From NCBI GenBank assembly GCA_945901965.1, contig CAMDMN010000001.1, forward strand, positions 1-39,898: a DNA stretch of 39,898 nucleotides, read 5' to 3'. The translations under genes and the position numbers were made by a program. Numbering within the stretch: the stretch's first letter is position 1; every line of letters starts with the position of its first letter. Below are positions 1 through 9,154 of the stretch, piece after piece. The stretch comes from Legionella genomosp. 1. Lineage in GTDB: Bacteria > Pseudomonadota > Gammaproteobacteria > Legionellales > Legionellaceae. A model generated the notes under the pieces. The model had not been told where the DNA came from. It was given only the letters and a program-made list of their open reading frames with translations, and ran no database searches.

Positions 1-86
1 GTTCCGAATAGTAAAATCCCGGTTGCTGCTAACCAGGCTACGTGTATTTATAAACAAATTTACACAGATAAGGCAGCGCCAATAAT

Positions 87-893
87 ATGAATACGCCTCT
101 TTGCAAAGAAACAATAATCCAACAATTAAAAATAAAACATTTCAATAAACCAATTAATTTACAGATATATGACTCTATCGACTCAACCAATAGAATATTA
201 AAAGATTTACCAAAATCTACCTCAATAGAAATAGCCGCTGCCGAAACGCAAACCAAAGGACGAGGACGCTTTGGTAGAGATTGGCACTCACCATATGGCG
301 AAAATATTTACTGCTCATCTAAATGGGATTTTATTTTTGACCCTATAAAATTCTCAGCGCTAAGTTTAATTGTGAGTCTTGCTATATTAAAAACAATCGA
401 AGAATTCGGCATTAAGGAAGATATTAGCATTAAATGGCCAAATGATATTTATTGGTTTAATAAAAAAATATCTGGCACCCTAATTGAGCTAAACAAAGAT
501 GATGATCAAAATATTGAGGTAATAATAGGTATAGGATTAAATGTAAACTCAGATTTTACTAAAGCTCAGCTTAATATGTTATCTGACAAACCTTGGGGTT
601 CTTTATACAACATTAGTGGAAAATATTTTGATCGTAATTTATTAATTGCGAGCTTAATTAGCAATTTAGAACAATATTTAACTAAATTTATAGATAATGG
701 TGCCAAAGAATTTTTAACGCAATGGAAAGAAGTTGATTACTTAAACGGGAAAAAAATAACTATACATAAAGGAAACGAAACCTTATATGGAACCGCTATG
801 GGAATAAATGAAGGAGGACTTCTTATATTATTAGACGAAAAAGGAGAAACCCACTATCTATCATCAGGAGATGCATCTTTACATTACGCTTAA
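87..893 (+). CDS. birA: Biotin--[acetyl-CoA-carboxylase] ligase, class I (lacks N-terminal HTH repressor domain)
   Basis: 268-aa ORF with the biotin-protein-ligase signature GRGRFGRDW and IDSTN at residues 31-35. An in-frame TAA at 69-71 excludes an N-terminal extension. Confidence 0.85.
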   Translation: MNTPLCKETIIQQLKIKHFNKPINLQIYDSIDSTNRILKDLPKSTSIEIAAAETQTKGRGRFGRDWHSPYGENIYCSSKWDFIFDPIKFSALSLIVSLAILKTIEEFGIKEDISIKWPNDIYWFNKKISGTLIELNKDDDQNIEVIIGIGLNVNSDFTKAQLNMLSDKPWGSLYNISGKYFDRNLLIASLISNLEQYLTKFIDNGAKEFLTQWKEVDYLNGKKITIHKGNETLYGTAMGINEGGLLILLDEKGETHYLSSGDASLHYA

Positions 894-925
894 AAAAGCC
901 TAATTATGTATCTAGATATTCGTAG

Positions 926-951
926 GGTGGGCAAAGCTACGCGTGCCCACC
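926..951. terminator. GC-rich perfect hairpin between convergent birA and csrA (bidirectional terminator or REP-like palindrome)
   Basis: GGTGGGCA (926-933) pairs with TGCCCACC (944-951) around a 10-nt loop. It is the only GC-rich palindrome in the 69-nt convergent gap. There is no adjacent U-tract on either strand, so a canonical intrinsic terminator is uncertain. Confidence 0.3.
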
Positions 952-962
952 AACTACTCTAT

Positions 963-1157
963 TTAAACTACTTCTTCGCTTTCACTACCTTGTTTTTCTT
1001 GCTGAATACGCATATAAATCTCTTCACGATGTACAGAAACATCTTTTGGTGCATTTATACCTAAACGTACCTGATTACCTTTGACACCTAAAACAGTGAT
1101 GTTTACATCATCACCAATAATTAAAGTTTCACCTATGCGACGAGTCAAAATTAACAT
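963..1157 (-). CDS. csrA: Carbon storage regulator CsrA (RNA-binding global regulator)
   Basis: 64 aa. [48 protein letters not shown] matches the canonical CsrA/RsmA sequence almost residue for residue. Confidence 0.97.
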   Translation of the reverse strand: MLILTRRIGETLIIGDDVNITVLGVKGNQVRLGINAPKDVSVHREEIYMRIQQEKQGSESEEVV

Positions 1158-1287
1158 GACTAAATCTCCCTAAGAATGACGACCACTACTTTTCCATAGA
1201 ACGCTTCCATGGTGCTCTTTGTGGTCACAAAATAAGCAATTAACTGTTGTTCGTTTTACATTTTACAAAATGAATCTTAACGCAACA

Positions 1288-2325
1288 TTAAGAGGGAAAG
1301 TATTCTACAACTTTATTAGTAGATTTACCATTTCGTCCAGCTTTAAACCTTAAAGCCAAAACAATTAACGGCATATATGACACAACTAAACCAAATAATC
1401 CGTCTACAAATCCTAACACTACGAAAACTGCTAATGGTAATAACCAAAAAATATTAATTATTAATACAGATAATGTTACCTTTGTATGACTGGCAAACTG
1501 GGTGGCAGCATGTTGATAAGCATGATCTTTATGTGCTTCTGAAAGTTTCATGCCAAAAAATAATCGACTAAAAAGAGTTACAGTGGCATCAACCACAAAA
1601 ACACCTAAGAGAATTAAAAAAGCCCAAAATAAATTTTGATCAAACCATGCGGCATTTATCGATATAACGCCCAAAAACAATCCTAAAAAACCAGAACCAG
1701 AATCACCCATAAAAATACGCGCGGTAGGAAAATTCCAATATAAAAAACCTGCAACAGCAAAACTTAAAACCAAAGGCAATCCAATCAAAGCATAATTATT
1801 ATCTAGCATATATAAAATTACCGCGGATATTGAAACCGTAATAGCTTCAATTGCGGCTATTCCATTAATACCATCCATAAAATTATATAAATTAATAAAC
1901 CAAACCAGATAGAAAACTGCTATAAAATTTAAATAAATAGATGCAGGAACCAACCAACCTAAAATATTTAAAGATGGCATGCCGCCAAGTAAATATAAGG
2001 CAGAACTACTGGCAATAATGTGGCCAATTAAGCGAATAGATGCAGAAAGACCACGAAAATCATCTATAAGCCCTAACGCTACGATTAATAAAAAAGAACC
2101 AAAAAACAGACCTTTTGGTAATGTTATAAAACCAAAATAGCCTAAAAATGGAGCGGCAAACAAAAATACAGCAATAAACGCCAAACCACCACCACGAGGT
2201 GTTATCTTAACATGAGAGCTTCTATGATTAGGAACATCAATAATATTTTTAGCCAAAGCATAGCGCTTTAAACCAAAGGTAAGAAATAAAGACAGAAAAA
2301 ATATTACAATCAATAAATAAGCCAT
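1288..2325 (-). CDS. Polyprenyl-phosphate HexNAc-1-phosphate transferase, MraY/WecA/WbpL family (initiating transferase)
   Basis: 345 aa and highly hydrophobic with many TM segments. Family motifs are present: LIDDFRGL, NLYNFMDGINGIA, FMGDSGSGFLG. Confidence 0.85.
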   Translation of the reverse strand: MAYLLIVIFFLSLFLTFGLKRYALAKNIIDVPNHRSSHVKITPRGGGLAFIAVFLFAAPFLGYFGFITLPKGLFFGSFLLIVALGLIDDFRGLSASIRLIGHIIASSSALYLLGGMPSLNILGWLVPASIYLNFIAVFYLVWFINLYNFMDGINGIAAIEAITVSISAVILYMLDNNYALIGLPLVLSFAVAGFLYWNFPTARIFMGDSGSGFLGLFLGVISINAAWFDQNLFWAFLILLGVFVVDATVTLFSRLFFGMKLSEAHKDHAYQHAATQFASHTKVTLSVLIINIFWLLPLAVFVVLGFVDGLFGLVVSYMPLIVLALRFKAGRNGKSTNKVVEYFPS

Positions 2326-2388
2326 GCTTTTTGTACTCTCTAATGATATATTTCGATTTATTAATAATAAAAATTATGTTGAAATTAC

Positions 2389-3873
2389 ATGGATCAAAAG
2401 CCTAAAACTATAGCCTGGAAGGCTTTACAAGACCATGCTCATAAAAGTCTATTTCATATTGGGCAAATTGACCATCAAACATCAAATTTAAGATGTGATA
2501 AGTTTACCGCGTCTTCATCTAATATTCACCTAGATTATTCAAAACAGCATGTAACTTCAGAAACTTTGAGTTTATTATTTAAGCTTAGCGATGCATGCAA
2601 CTTAAAGGAAAAGATTAAGGCACTATTTCAAGGTGATAATGTAAATATTAGCGAATCAAAGCCTGCCCTACATACTGCATTGAGAAATTTAGACAATAGC
2701 CCAATCATTATTAATGATAAAAATATTATGCCTGAAATTAATGCAACCCTTAATGAAATGTGCATAATTTCTGAAAAAATTCGCGATAAATCTTGGCTTG
2801 GATTTTCCGGAAAACCTATTAAAGATATTGTAAATATAGGTATAGGTGGCTCAGATATAGGCCCTCGATTTGCATTAAATGCACTAAGAGATTACAGCTC
2901 CAGGGAATTAAATTATCATTTTATTTCAGATGCCGATCCTGATGCCTTTAAAAATATTATCGAAAATTTATCTAGAGAAACAACTCTATTTATTATCTCG
3001 TCAAAGTCCTTTACCACCCTAGAAACTTTATATAACGCTGAAAAAGCTTTTAACTGGATAGGACAAAAAAATCACTTTGAAAAGCACTTTATCGCTATAA
3101 CTGCAAATATAGAAAAAGCGCGTGGTTATGGTATAAAAACTGTTCTCCCAATCTGGGATTTTGTCGGCGGAAGGTACTCTTTCTGCTCATCAATAAATTT
3201 AATTACCGCGATTGCCATAGGCTTTACTCAATTTGAACAAATTCTTGAGGGTGCTAATAGCATGGATAATAATTTTAAGCTCGCTGATTACTCAGAAAAT
3301 CTTCCAATTCTTTTAGCATTACTAGGAATTTGGAATAATAATTTTTTACATATTAATAATTTATTAATCTTAACCTATACAAAGCACCTAGAATATTTTC
3401 TCCCATTTATTCAACAATTAGACATGGAAAGTAATGGAAAATCTATTGATAATAAAGGAAGAGATGTTACCCACAGCACAGGCCAAATTGTCTGGGGAGG
3501 CTTGGGCAACCAAGCACAACACAGTTATTACCAATTACTCTGCCAAGGAACCCATAAAGTGACGGCAGATTTTATAAGTTTAACTTTAAATGATAATGAG
3601 ATAGTCAATGAAATGTGCAAGGCAAAAATTAATGTTCTAAGTAATGGTATTAATAAAGAAAATAAAACTAATGGATATATACCGGGAAACATCCCTTTAA
3701 ATAATATAAGAATTAATAACTTCTCCCCTTTTACTGTTGGTGCATTGGTGGCACTTTATGAACATAAAATATATGTTATGAGCGTGATGTGGGATATAAA
3801 CCCTTTTAATCAGCCTGGGGTTGAGTCTGCAAAAAAAGTTTATTTAAAAGAAGATTCATCACTTAATGTATAA
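2389..3873 (+). CDS. pgi: Glucose-6-phosphate isomerase
   Basis: 494 aa with PGI signatures GIGGSDIGP, ISSKSFTTLET, FVGGRYSFCSS, DMESNGK and GNQAQHSYYQLLCQG. Confidence 0.95.
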   Translation: MDQKPKTIAWKALQDHAHKSLFHIGQIDHQTSNLRCDKFTASSSNIHLDYSKQHVTSETLSLLFKLSDACNLKEKIKALFQGDNVNISESKPALHTALRNLDNSPIIINDKNIMPEINATLNEMCIISEKIRDKSWLGFSGKPIKDIVNIGIGGSDIGPRFALNALRDYSSRELNYHFISDADPDAFKNIIENLSRETTLFIISSKSFTTLETLYNAEKAFNWIGQKNHFEKHFIAITANIEKARGYGIKTVLPIWDFVGGRYSFCSSINLITAIAIGFTQFEQILEGANSMDNNFKLADYSENLPILLALLGIWNNNFLHINNLLILTYTKHLEYFLPFIQQLDMESNGKSIDNKGRDVTHSTGQIVWGGLGNQAQHSYYQLLCQGTHKVTADFISLTLNDNEIVNEMCKAKINVLSNGINKENKTNGYIPGNIPLNNIRINNFSPFTVGALVALYEHKIYVMSVMWDINPFNQPGVESAKKVYLKEDSSLNV

Positions 3874-3892
3874 CATAAGCATCTAAGCCAGA

Positions 3893-4666
3893 TTGTTACT
3901 AAAGGAGCTAAATAAAATTATTATTCGTCATGTTATTGAAATGCTAGTTAATCCTTTTTTTATCTGCTTGATGATCTTTTTGACTTTTTTAACGATGCTT
4001 TGTCTACATAACACATCTCCATTAATCCGCAATGGTTTTATACTAACCTTTATTTTATTATTAATATTAAGTACTGGGTATCTGCCAAAAATCATAACTC
4101 ACCATCTTGAAGGCCAATTTCCTGTTGTGACAGAAACTGATTCCCACATTAACTGGATTGTAGTATTAGGCGGTGGGCAAACCGAAGTGCCTAATATGCC
4201 ACCGAATTCATTACTCAATTCTGTAAGTATCGATCGTTTGGTAGAAGGAGTTAGACTTTATAGACAACTGCCTCATGCTAAGTTGATATTATCGGGTGGC
4301 GGTGAAAATGCTAAAATATCAGAGGCTAATCATTTATCACAGGTTGCTGCCTGGTTTGGCATTCCTAAAGAAAACATTTTACTCGAAACAAAATCTGTAA
4401 ACACCAAAACTGAAGCTCGAGCCATTAAACCGATGATAGGAAAAGAACCATTTTACCTTGTAACTTCAGCAATTCACATGCCGCGAGCAATGGCACTTTG
4501 TCAAGCGCAAGGATTAAATCCAATTGCAGCCCCGACAGATTTTAGTTATTACTGGAATAATAAAAGTTGGGGATTAATGATAATACCAAGCCCTTATAAT
4601 CTTTGTTATTTAAGCATTGCTATGCATGAGATACTTGGAGATATTGTAAAAAATTCTAAATATTAA
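3893..4666 (+). CDS. DUF218 (ElyC/YdcF/SanA-like) membrane-anchored protein
   Basis: N-terminal hydrophobic helices followed by a DUF218-type core with VVLGGGQ and LILSGGG glycine motifs. The ORF as given starts at TTG 3893; ATG 3941 is an alternative start. Confidence 0.65.
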   Translation: MLLKELNKIIIRHVIEMLVNPFFICLMIFLTFLTMLCLHNTSPLIRNGFILTFILLLILSTGYLPKIITHHLEGQFPVVTETDSHINWIVVLGGGQTEVPNMPPNSLLNSVSIDRLVEGVRLYRQLPHAKLILSGGGENAKISEANHLSQVAAWFGIPKENILLETKSVNTKTEARAIKPMIGKEPFYLVTSAIHMPRAMALCQAQGLNPIAAPTDFSYYWNNKSWGLMIIPSPYNLCYLSIAMHEILGDIVKNSKY

Positions 4667-4679
4667 TATCTGATATGTT

Positions 4680-5135
4680 TCATTTAAACTTTGGAGAAGC
4701 ATATAAATTATTTGGATTTAAAACATCATTCTCTATAAATGGTACGTCTTTATTTGTCTCAAGACCATTTACAATAATATAACTTACAAAAATAAATCTT
4801 TTAACTACCGCCACGCCCACATAATGAGCTAATTAAAAGTACTATTAATATAATGTATTGATATTATTCCTTCATATCAACACTCGTAATATCAAAAACA
4901 ATAGAAATGATTAACAAATAAATAACACCATCTTATCCATTAAGACTTAAAGTCCGATCATTTTCCTTGTCTATTATTTTCAAATAAATTTTAACTTTTA
5001 GACTTTATAAATTATCTACAGTCCTATTAATTAATCATCTTAAATAAAATTCATTATATTTAATAAAGAATTAATCGAATGAATTCCAATAAATCTGCCA
5101 GCACCATTTACCAGGACGGATAAACACTTTGGTTG
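4680..5135 (-). pseudogene. Decayed N-terminal half of an extended-SDR NAD-dependent sugar epimerase/dehydratase
   Basis: My minus-strand translation across shifting frames gives SDR landmarks in the correct order. These are VLVNGAGRFIGIHSINSLL (Rossmann GxxGxxG-like), TVDNL, DGVIYLL (cf. D-x-V-x-H-L-A), then VNGLETNKDVPFIENDVLNPNNLYASPKFK (cf. VYG...P-x-E...P-x-S-x-Y-x-x-S-K). Several stops and frameshifts interrupt it. Confidence 0.4.
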
Positions 5136-5139
5136 TATA

Positions 5140-6312
5140 TCAATCATTATTTGCCGCGATAAATCTTCGATACTCTTCAACAACCAATCTAGAAAATTGC
5201 CTACTATCAAATTCTTTTTGCGCTCTATATTTTGCATTTTCACTCAATTTATTTCTTAAATCATGATCATCTAAAATGGATATTAATGCACCGGTCAATT
5301 TCTCAACCTGTTTGGGCTCAACCAAAATCCCTGTAACTCCATCAATAATAGCATCACTCAAACCATAAATACGTGTTCCTACAGTTGGAACTCCCATGGC
5401 TGCCGCTTCAATAACCACCGTTCCAAATCCTTCACGATAACTAGGCAAACACAGCACATCAGCAATAGCTATATATTGCTCTGGTTTATGAGTGAACCCT
5501 GTAAAAATAATTTTTTCCCCACATAATGATTTTGCATGAGAACGAATTGACTCTTCAATTTGATTTTCAAAATCTCCAACTACTAACAGAGCTTTATTTT
5601 CTATATGATTAATATTTTTAAAGGCTGATATCAATTCATAGACACCTTTTTCCTCTGTTATTCGACCAACAAAAAGAATAATATTAGTTTTTTCATTCAA
5701 CCCAAGGGTTGATCTCAAGGTTGATTTTTCTTCGCAAGAAAAATTATCTTGTGAAAATCTAGCAAGATCAATTCCAGCAAGGGAACCACTACCTAACACT
5801 TTTATTTTATCAGGCGAACAAATATTATTTTCGATTAAAAAATCACGTTGACTAATACTATCAGCATAACAACATGTATTTAAACGACCAATTACGCGAT
5901 CACAAAACTGCAAAAGAGTTCTTTTGAACCCTCGCTTAGTAACCCAAGGTTGACCTGTAAAAGTATGTAAACAAACTGGAACACAAGCTAATTTGGCTGC
6001 AATCGCACAAAGTAATCCAGCTTTAGGTGTAATTGAATGCACAATATTAAATTTATTAGTTACAAAAAAATAACTTAATCTAAATAAACTAATTAAATCA
6101 ATTAATAAACTAATTTCACGTCGAATCATAATTGGTTTAAATTTCACAAAATCGAGTCGTGAAAATGACGTACTCAATTCATCTTTAGTCGATATAATAG
6201 TTATTTCACAACCTGCATTATGAATGGCTTCCAACTGCGGGCAAAGTTGGGTTAATGTTGAAAATGTAGTTGTCGCCACTCGTGCAACTTTTATACCTAG
6301 TAATTCTGTCAA
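5140..6312 (-). CDS. Glycosyltransferase, GT-B fold (CAZy GT4-like, glycosyl transferases group 1)
   Basis: 390 aa. The C-terminal donor-binding region LPSYREGFGTVVIEAAAMGVPTVGT is typical of group 1 GTs. The TTG start lies 6 nt after the upstream stop. Confidence 0.85.
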   Translation of the reverse strand: MTELLGIKVARVATTTFSTLTQLCPQLEAIHNAGCEITIISTKDELSTSFSRLDFVKFKPIMIRREISLLIDLISLFRLSYFFVTNKFNIVHSITPKAGLLCAIAAKLACVPVCLHTFTGQPWVTKRGFKRTLLQFCDRVIGRLNTCCYADSISQRDFLIENNICSPDKIKVLGSGSLAGIDLARFSQDNFSCEEKSTLRSTLGLNEKTNIILFVGRITEEKGVYELISAFKNINHIENKALLVVGDFENQIEESIRSHAKSLCGEKIIFTGFTHKPEQYIAIADVLCLPSYREGFGTVVIEAAAMGVPTVGTRIYGLSDAIIDGVTGILVEPKQVEKLTGALISILDDHDLRNKLSENAKYRAQKEFDSRQFSRLVVEEYRRFIAANND

Positions 6313-6318
6313 TTTTAA

Positions 6319-7506
6319 TTACCTATTTAAAAAATTATTCATTTTAATTTCACTCATTAGCAGCAGTGGATAAAAATAAAACAATGGGGCAAGCGTCTGC
6401 TTATATCTAATGGCAGATCCTGGATTAAAAATTCCCATGGGGTAATTTATAGTTAAACCGATTAAAACGGCTGGGATAAACCCCAAAATTATAAATGAAT
6501 TATATTTAGGATTATCTATAGAAAATTTAATTGTTTTAACAATTAAATATACAAAAAGACCCAAAGAAAATAAGCCTTCCAATAAGGCTGGAAACAATAT
6601 AGGTCTAATAAAAGCTTCATGCAAAGTTGGTCCTATAATAGATATTGGCACTCCCCACCATAAATTAAAAATAAAATCACCCGTATTTTCCCAGATTATA
6701 TTTAGCCTAGTAGTTCTAGCAGAAGTTTGACTTAAAAAATAATCAAATTTGATGTGTTTCATTAATTTAAGTAAATAAATAGATATAGAATCCCAAAAAA
6801 TAAAAAATAATATGAAAACAAATGATGTAATTAAAATTAACGTAATAGTAGAGTTTTTAGGAGTATCAAGAAATTTATTTTTTAAATTAATAAGAAAAAA
6901 TGTTATCAATAATAAATAACCATAAGGCAATAAAAATTGTGGTCTTATTATCAAAGGTATAATTAACCCTATCATCAATGGAAAAAATTTAATTTTATTT
7001 CTAATGGTCAAATCTACACATGAACTAATTACCAGTAAAAAACTTGCAATTAGTAAAATATCTTTACCAACAACTCCAGACCATATCAAAAAATGTGGCA
7101 AACAAAGTGCACTATAAAAAAGGGACTTATTCAAAAACTTATAACTTCTTTTAAATACATACCATAAAACATAAGATGTTAAAAACGATACAAAAATATT
7201 AACGGCTAAATCCTTTATAAAAATTGACTTTAGTGAATAAAATAATATATGAGCGATAGTTGTACGATGAGATCCAAGGAAGCAATATCCAGAACAGGAA
7301 GATAAATAGTAAGCAGCATCTACAAATGGAGTAAACTTTGAATAAATAAAATAGGCAAAAAAAGTTGCAATTAATTTAATTGCTAAAATAATCCAAAATA
7401 ATTTAGAATAAAAAAATCTGATCTTTAAACTATCAATAATTGAACTTTCTTGACCACTTATATTTATTAAATTATTGTTTCCAGCCCCACCTAAACTTTG
7501 ATTCAC
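6319..7506 (-). CDS. Polytopic inner-membrane protein, candidate Wzy-type repeat-unit polymerase (family not resolved)
   Basis: 395 aa, about 10 or more hydrophobic segments, very AT-rich, and located between a GT and a Wzx. I see no recognisable catalytic motif, so the call rests on context and topology only. Confidence 0.4.
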   Translation of the reverse strand: MNQSLGGAGNNNLINISGQESSIIDSLKIRFFYSKLFWIILAIKLIATFFAYFIYSKFTPFVDAAYYLSSCSGYCFLGSHRTTIAHILFYSLKSIFIKDLAVNIFVSFLTSYVLWYVFKRSYKFLNKSLFYSALCLPHFLIWSGVVGKDILLIASFLLVISSCVDLTIRNKIKFFPLMIGLIIPLIIRPQFLLPYGYLLLITFFLINLKNKFLDTPKNSTITLILITSFVFILFFIFWDSISIYLLKLMKHIKFDYFLSQTSARTTRLNIIWENTGDFIFNLWWGVPISIIGPTLHEAFIRPILFPALLEGLFSLGLFVYLIVKTIKFSIDNPKYNSFIILGFIPAVLIGLTINYPMGIFNPGSAIRYKQTLAPLFYFYPLLLMSEIKMNNFLNR

Positions 7507-7677
7507 TAAATCCTCTCATTTAAAATGTCTCTAAATTTATACGACTATTATCTACAAAAATATATTTCTATATCAAATAAAATTGGTAATATAATATCAA
7601 AAAATTACTTAAAAAATCCAAAAAAAATATTCTACCATAATGACTTAATTAATAACCAATCGAATTTGCAACTATAA

Positions 7678-8967
7678 CTAAGCACTTCCTAAATTTATCT
7701 TCGAGTTTAACAACTCACTATTTCTCCTAACAAAATACAAAATAAATAATACTACTGAAATTATAAAATATAAAAAGCAAGTTATGTCATAAGATAGGAT
7801 AATACTTCGTAAATCATGGTGATGTTGCAAAGATAAATAGCTTAAAATTACAAATAATAAACCTTGAAAAACCTCACCTAACAAATATAATTTGATTGAA
7901 GCTCTTGAAATTACCACAAAACCTATAACCCAACCCAATACTCTAAAAAAATCGCCAATCATTTGTAAAAGCATTAAATTATTAATTGGTAAAAATTCTA
8001 TAGATAAAATTATGCGGATAATTAAGTTATTAAAAACAAAATATACAGCCATCATTAAACAAAAAGAAGAGCCAATAATTAACATCACTCTGTTTACCTC
8101 TTTTACAATTTTAGGCTTTTCAAATATAGATGCAATTATAGGTAAAAAATAAAAAGTTAAAAAAAGTGAATAAAAACTCAAATATGCGGCGGATAACTTA
8201 GATATCGCTTGCCAAAAACCTGCTGTTGTTAATCCAAGATTTTCTTTTATAAGATTGGTAACAATTATCTCAACCACTGGGAAACAAATTGCGCTCCCAA
8301 ATCTCATTAAACTAAATTTAACTAACATATGAGAATCGTTAAAAAAGGAATCGAACCTCATTTTTCTAACTATGCCGTTTTTTAACATATAATATGTTAC
8401 TGGAATAAAAGGAAATATTGTCGGGGCCATAATAGCCAGTATCATGCCCCATAACCCATAATTTCTTATAGCAAAATAAGAAAATATAATTGCTATTAAA
8501 TTACCACCAACCAAAAAAAAGGCATATGCACTATTTTTTTTAAGACCATTAACCATGCCATACGAGAAATTATTAATCGATACTATAAGTTGAGCTGTTA
8601 AGAAAAAATAAATAAAACCACGATAATCTTGATTGGAAAAAACAACGTTCGTTAATTGGCCAATAAAAACCAACCCGATCACTAAAGTCAATAATGAAAA
8701 AAACATCGTATAAGCTAATGCGCTACCTGCAAAACTATCTTGTCTTTTTGATAATCCAGAATATTCTGCTAGATATTTAATTATACCTGATAAAATACCA
8801 CCTCCACCCAAAGTTGAGGCCAAAGAAACCAACGTCAAAAAATTACCGATAAAACCCAAACCTATGGGGCCGTGGGAAATGGATATTTGTTTGATAATAA
8901 ACAAAACTGTCAATAATTTACTTAAGTATGCGAGGCCAGTTAAGCTGGCAACCTTTAGCCATTTCAC
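7678..8967 (-). CDS. wzx: Wzx-type oligosaccharide-lipid flippase (MOP superfamily, WzxE-like), copy 1
   Basis: 429 aa and polytopic. The N-terminus LSKLLTVLFIIKQISISHGPIGLGFIGNFLTLVSLASTLGGGGILSGIIKYLAEY parallels the WzxE pattern (GP-x-GLG-x-x-GNF ... G-x-x-KY-x-A-x-Y). Confidence 0.75.
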   Translation of the reverse strand: MKWLKVASLTGLAYLSKLLTVLFIIKQISISHGPIGLGFIGNFLTLVSLASTLGGGGILSGIIKYLAEYSGLSKRQDSFAGSALAYTMFFSLLTLVIGLVFIGQLTNVVFSNQDYRGFIYFFLTAQLIVSINNFSYGMVNGLKKNSAYAFFLVGGNLIAIIFSYFAIRNYGLWGMILAIMAPTIFPFIPVTYYMLKNGIVRKMRFDSFFNDSHMLVKFSLMRFGSAICFPVVEIIVTNLIKENLGLTTAGFWQAISKLSAAYLSFYSLFLTFYFLPIIASIFEKPKIVKEVNRVMLIIGSSFCLMMAVYFVFNNLIIRIILSIEFLPINNLMLLQMIGDFFRVLGWVIGFVVISRASIKLYLLGEVFQGLLFVILSYLSLQHHHDLRSIILSYDITCFLYFIISVVLFILYFVRRNSELLNSKINLGSA

Positions 8968-9154
8968 CTATTGATGATCCTTAAATAATCTATAAATTTA
9001 CTAGTAACTAATAAAAATTATTAGCTAAAAAATGTCAAAAAAATACCGACAAGATAACAAAGGCTATTTTATTTGTGTATAAGTATATATGCAATAATAA
9101 CGTATATTTTTCATAGTAATATTTTAATCTATAAACAATATAATTTATTTAAAC

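Noticed and set aside
4805-4812. Minus-strand GGCGGTAG, identical to the RfaH ops element found upstream of many LPS/capsule operons.
   Set aside because: It lies downstream of the last gene of the locus, inside the decayed epimerase remnant, and faces the 3' end of an oppositely oriented gene. It cannot serve the operon. A single 8-mer match in about 80 kb of two-strand sequence is within chance expectation.
5040-5243. 67-aa minus-strand ORF overlapping the 3' end of the GT1 gene.
   Set aside because: It is not an independent gene. Its distal part is the Rossmann-motif fragment of the decayed epimerase, and its proximal part is an alternative frame of the GT gene.
7629-7637. Extended -10-like TGGTAGAAT on the minus strand, about 125 nt upstream of the 6319-7506 gene. 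Similar hexamers occur in the other AT-rich gaps.
   Set aside because: At this base composition, -10-like hexamers occur too frequently to discriminate real promoters. I found no convincing -35 partner at 17-nt spacing.
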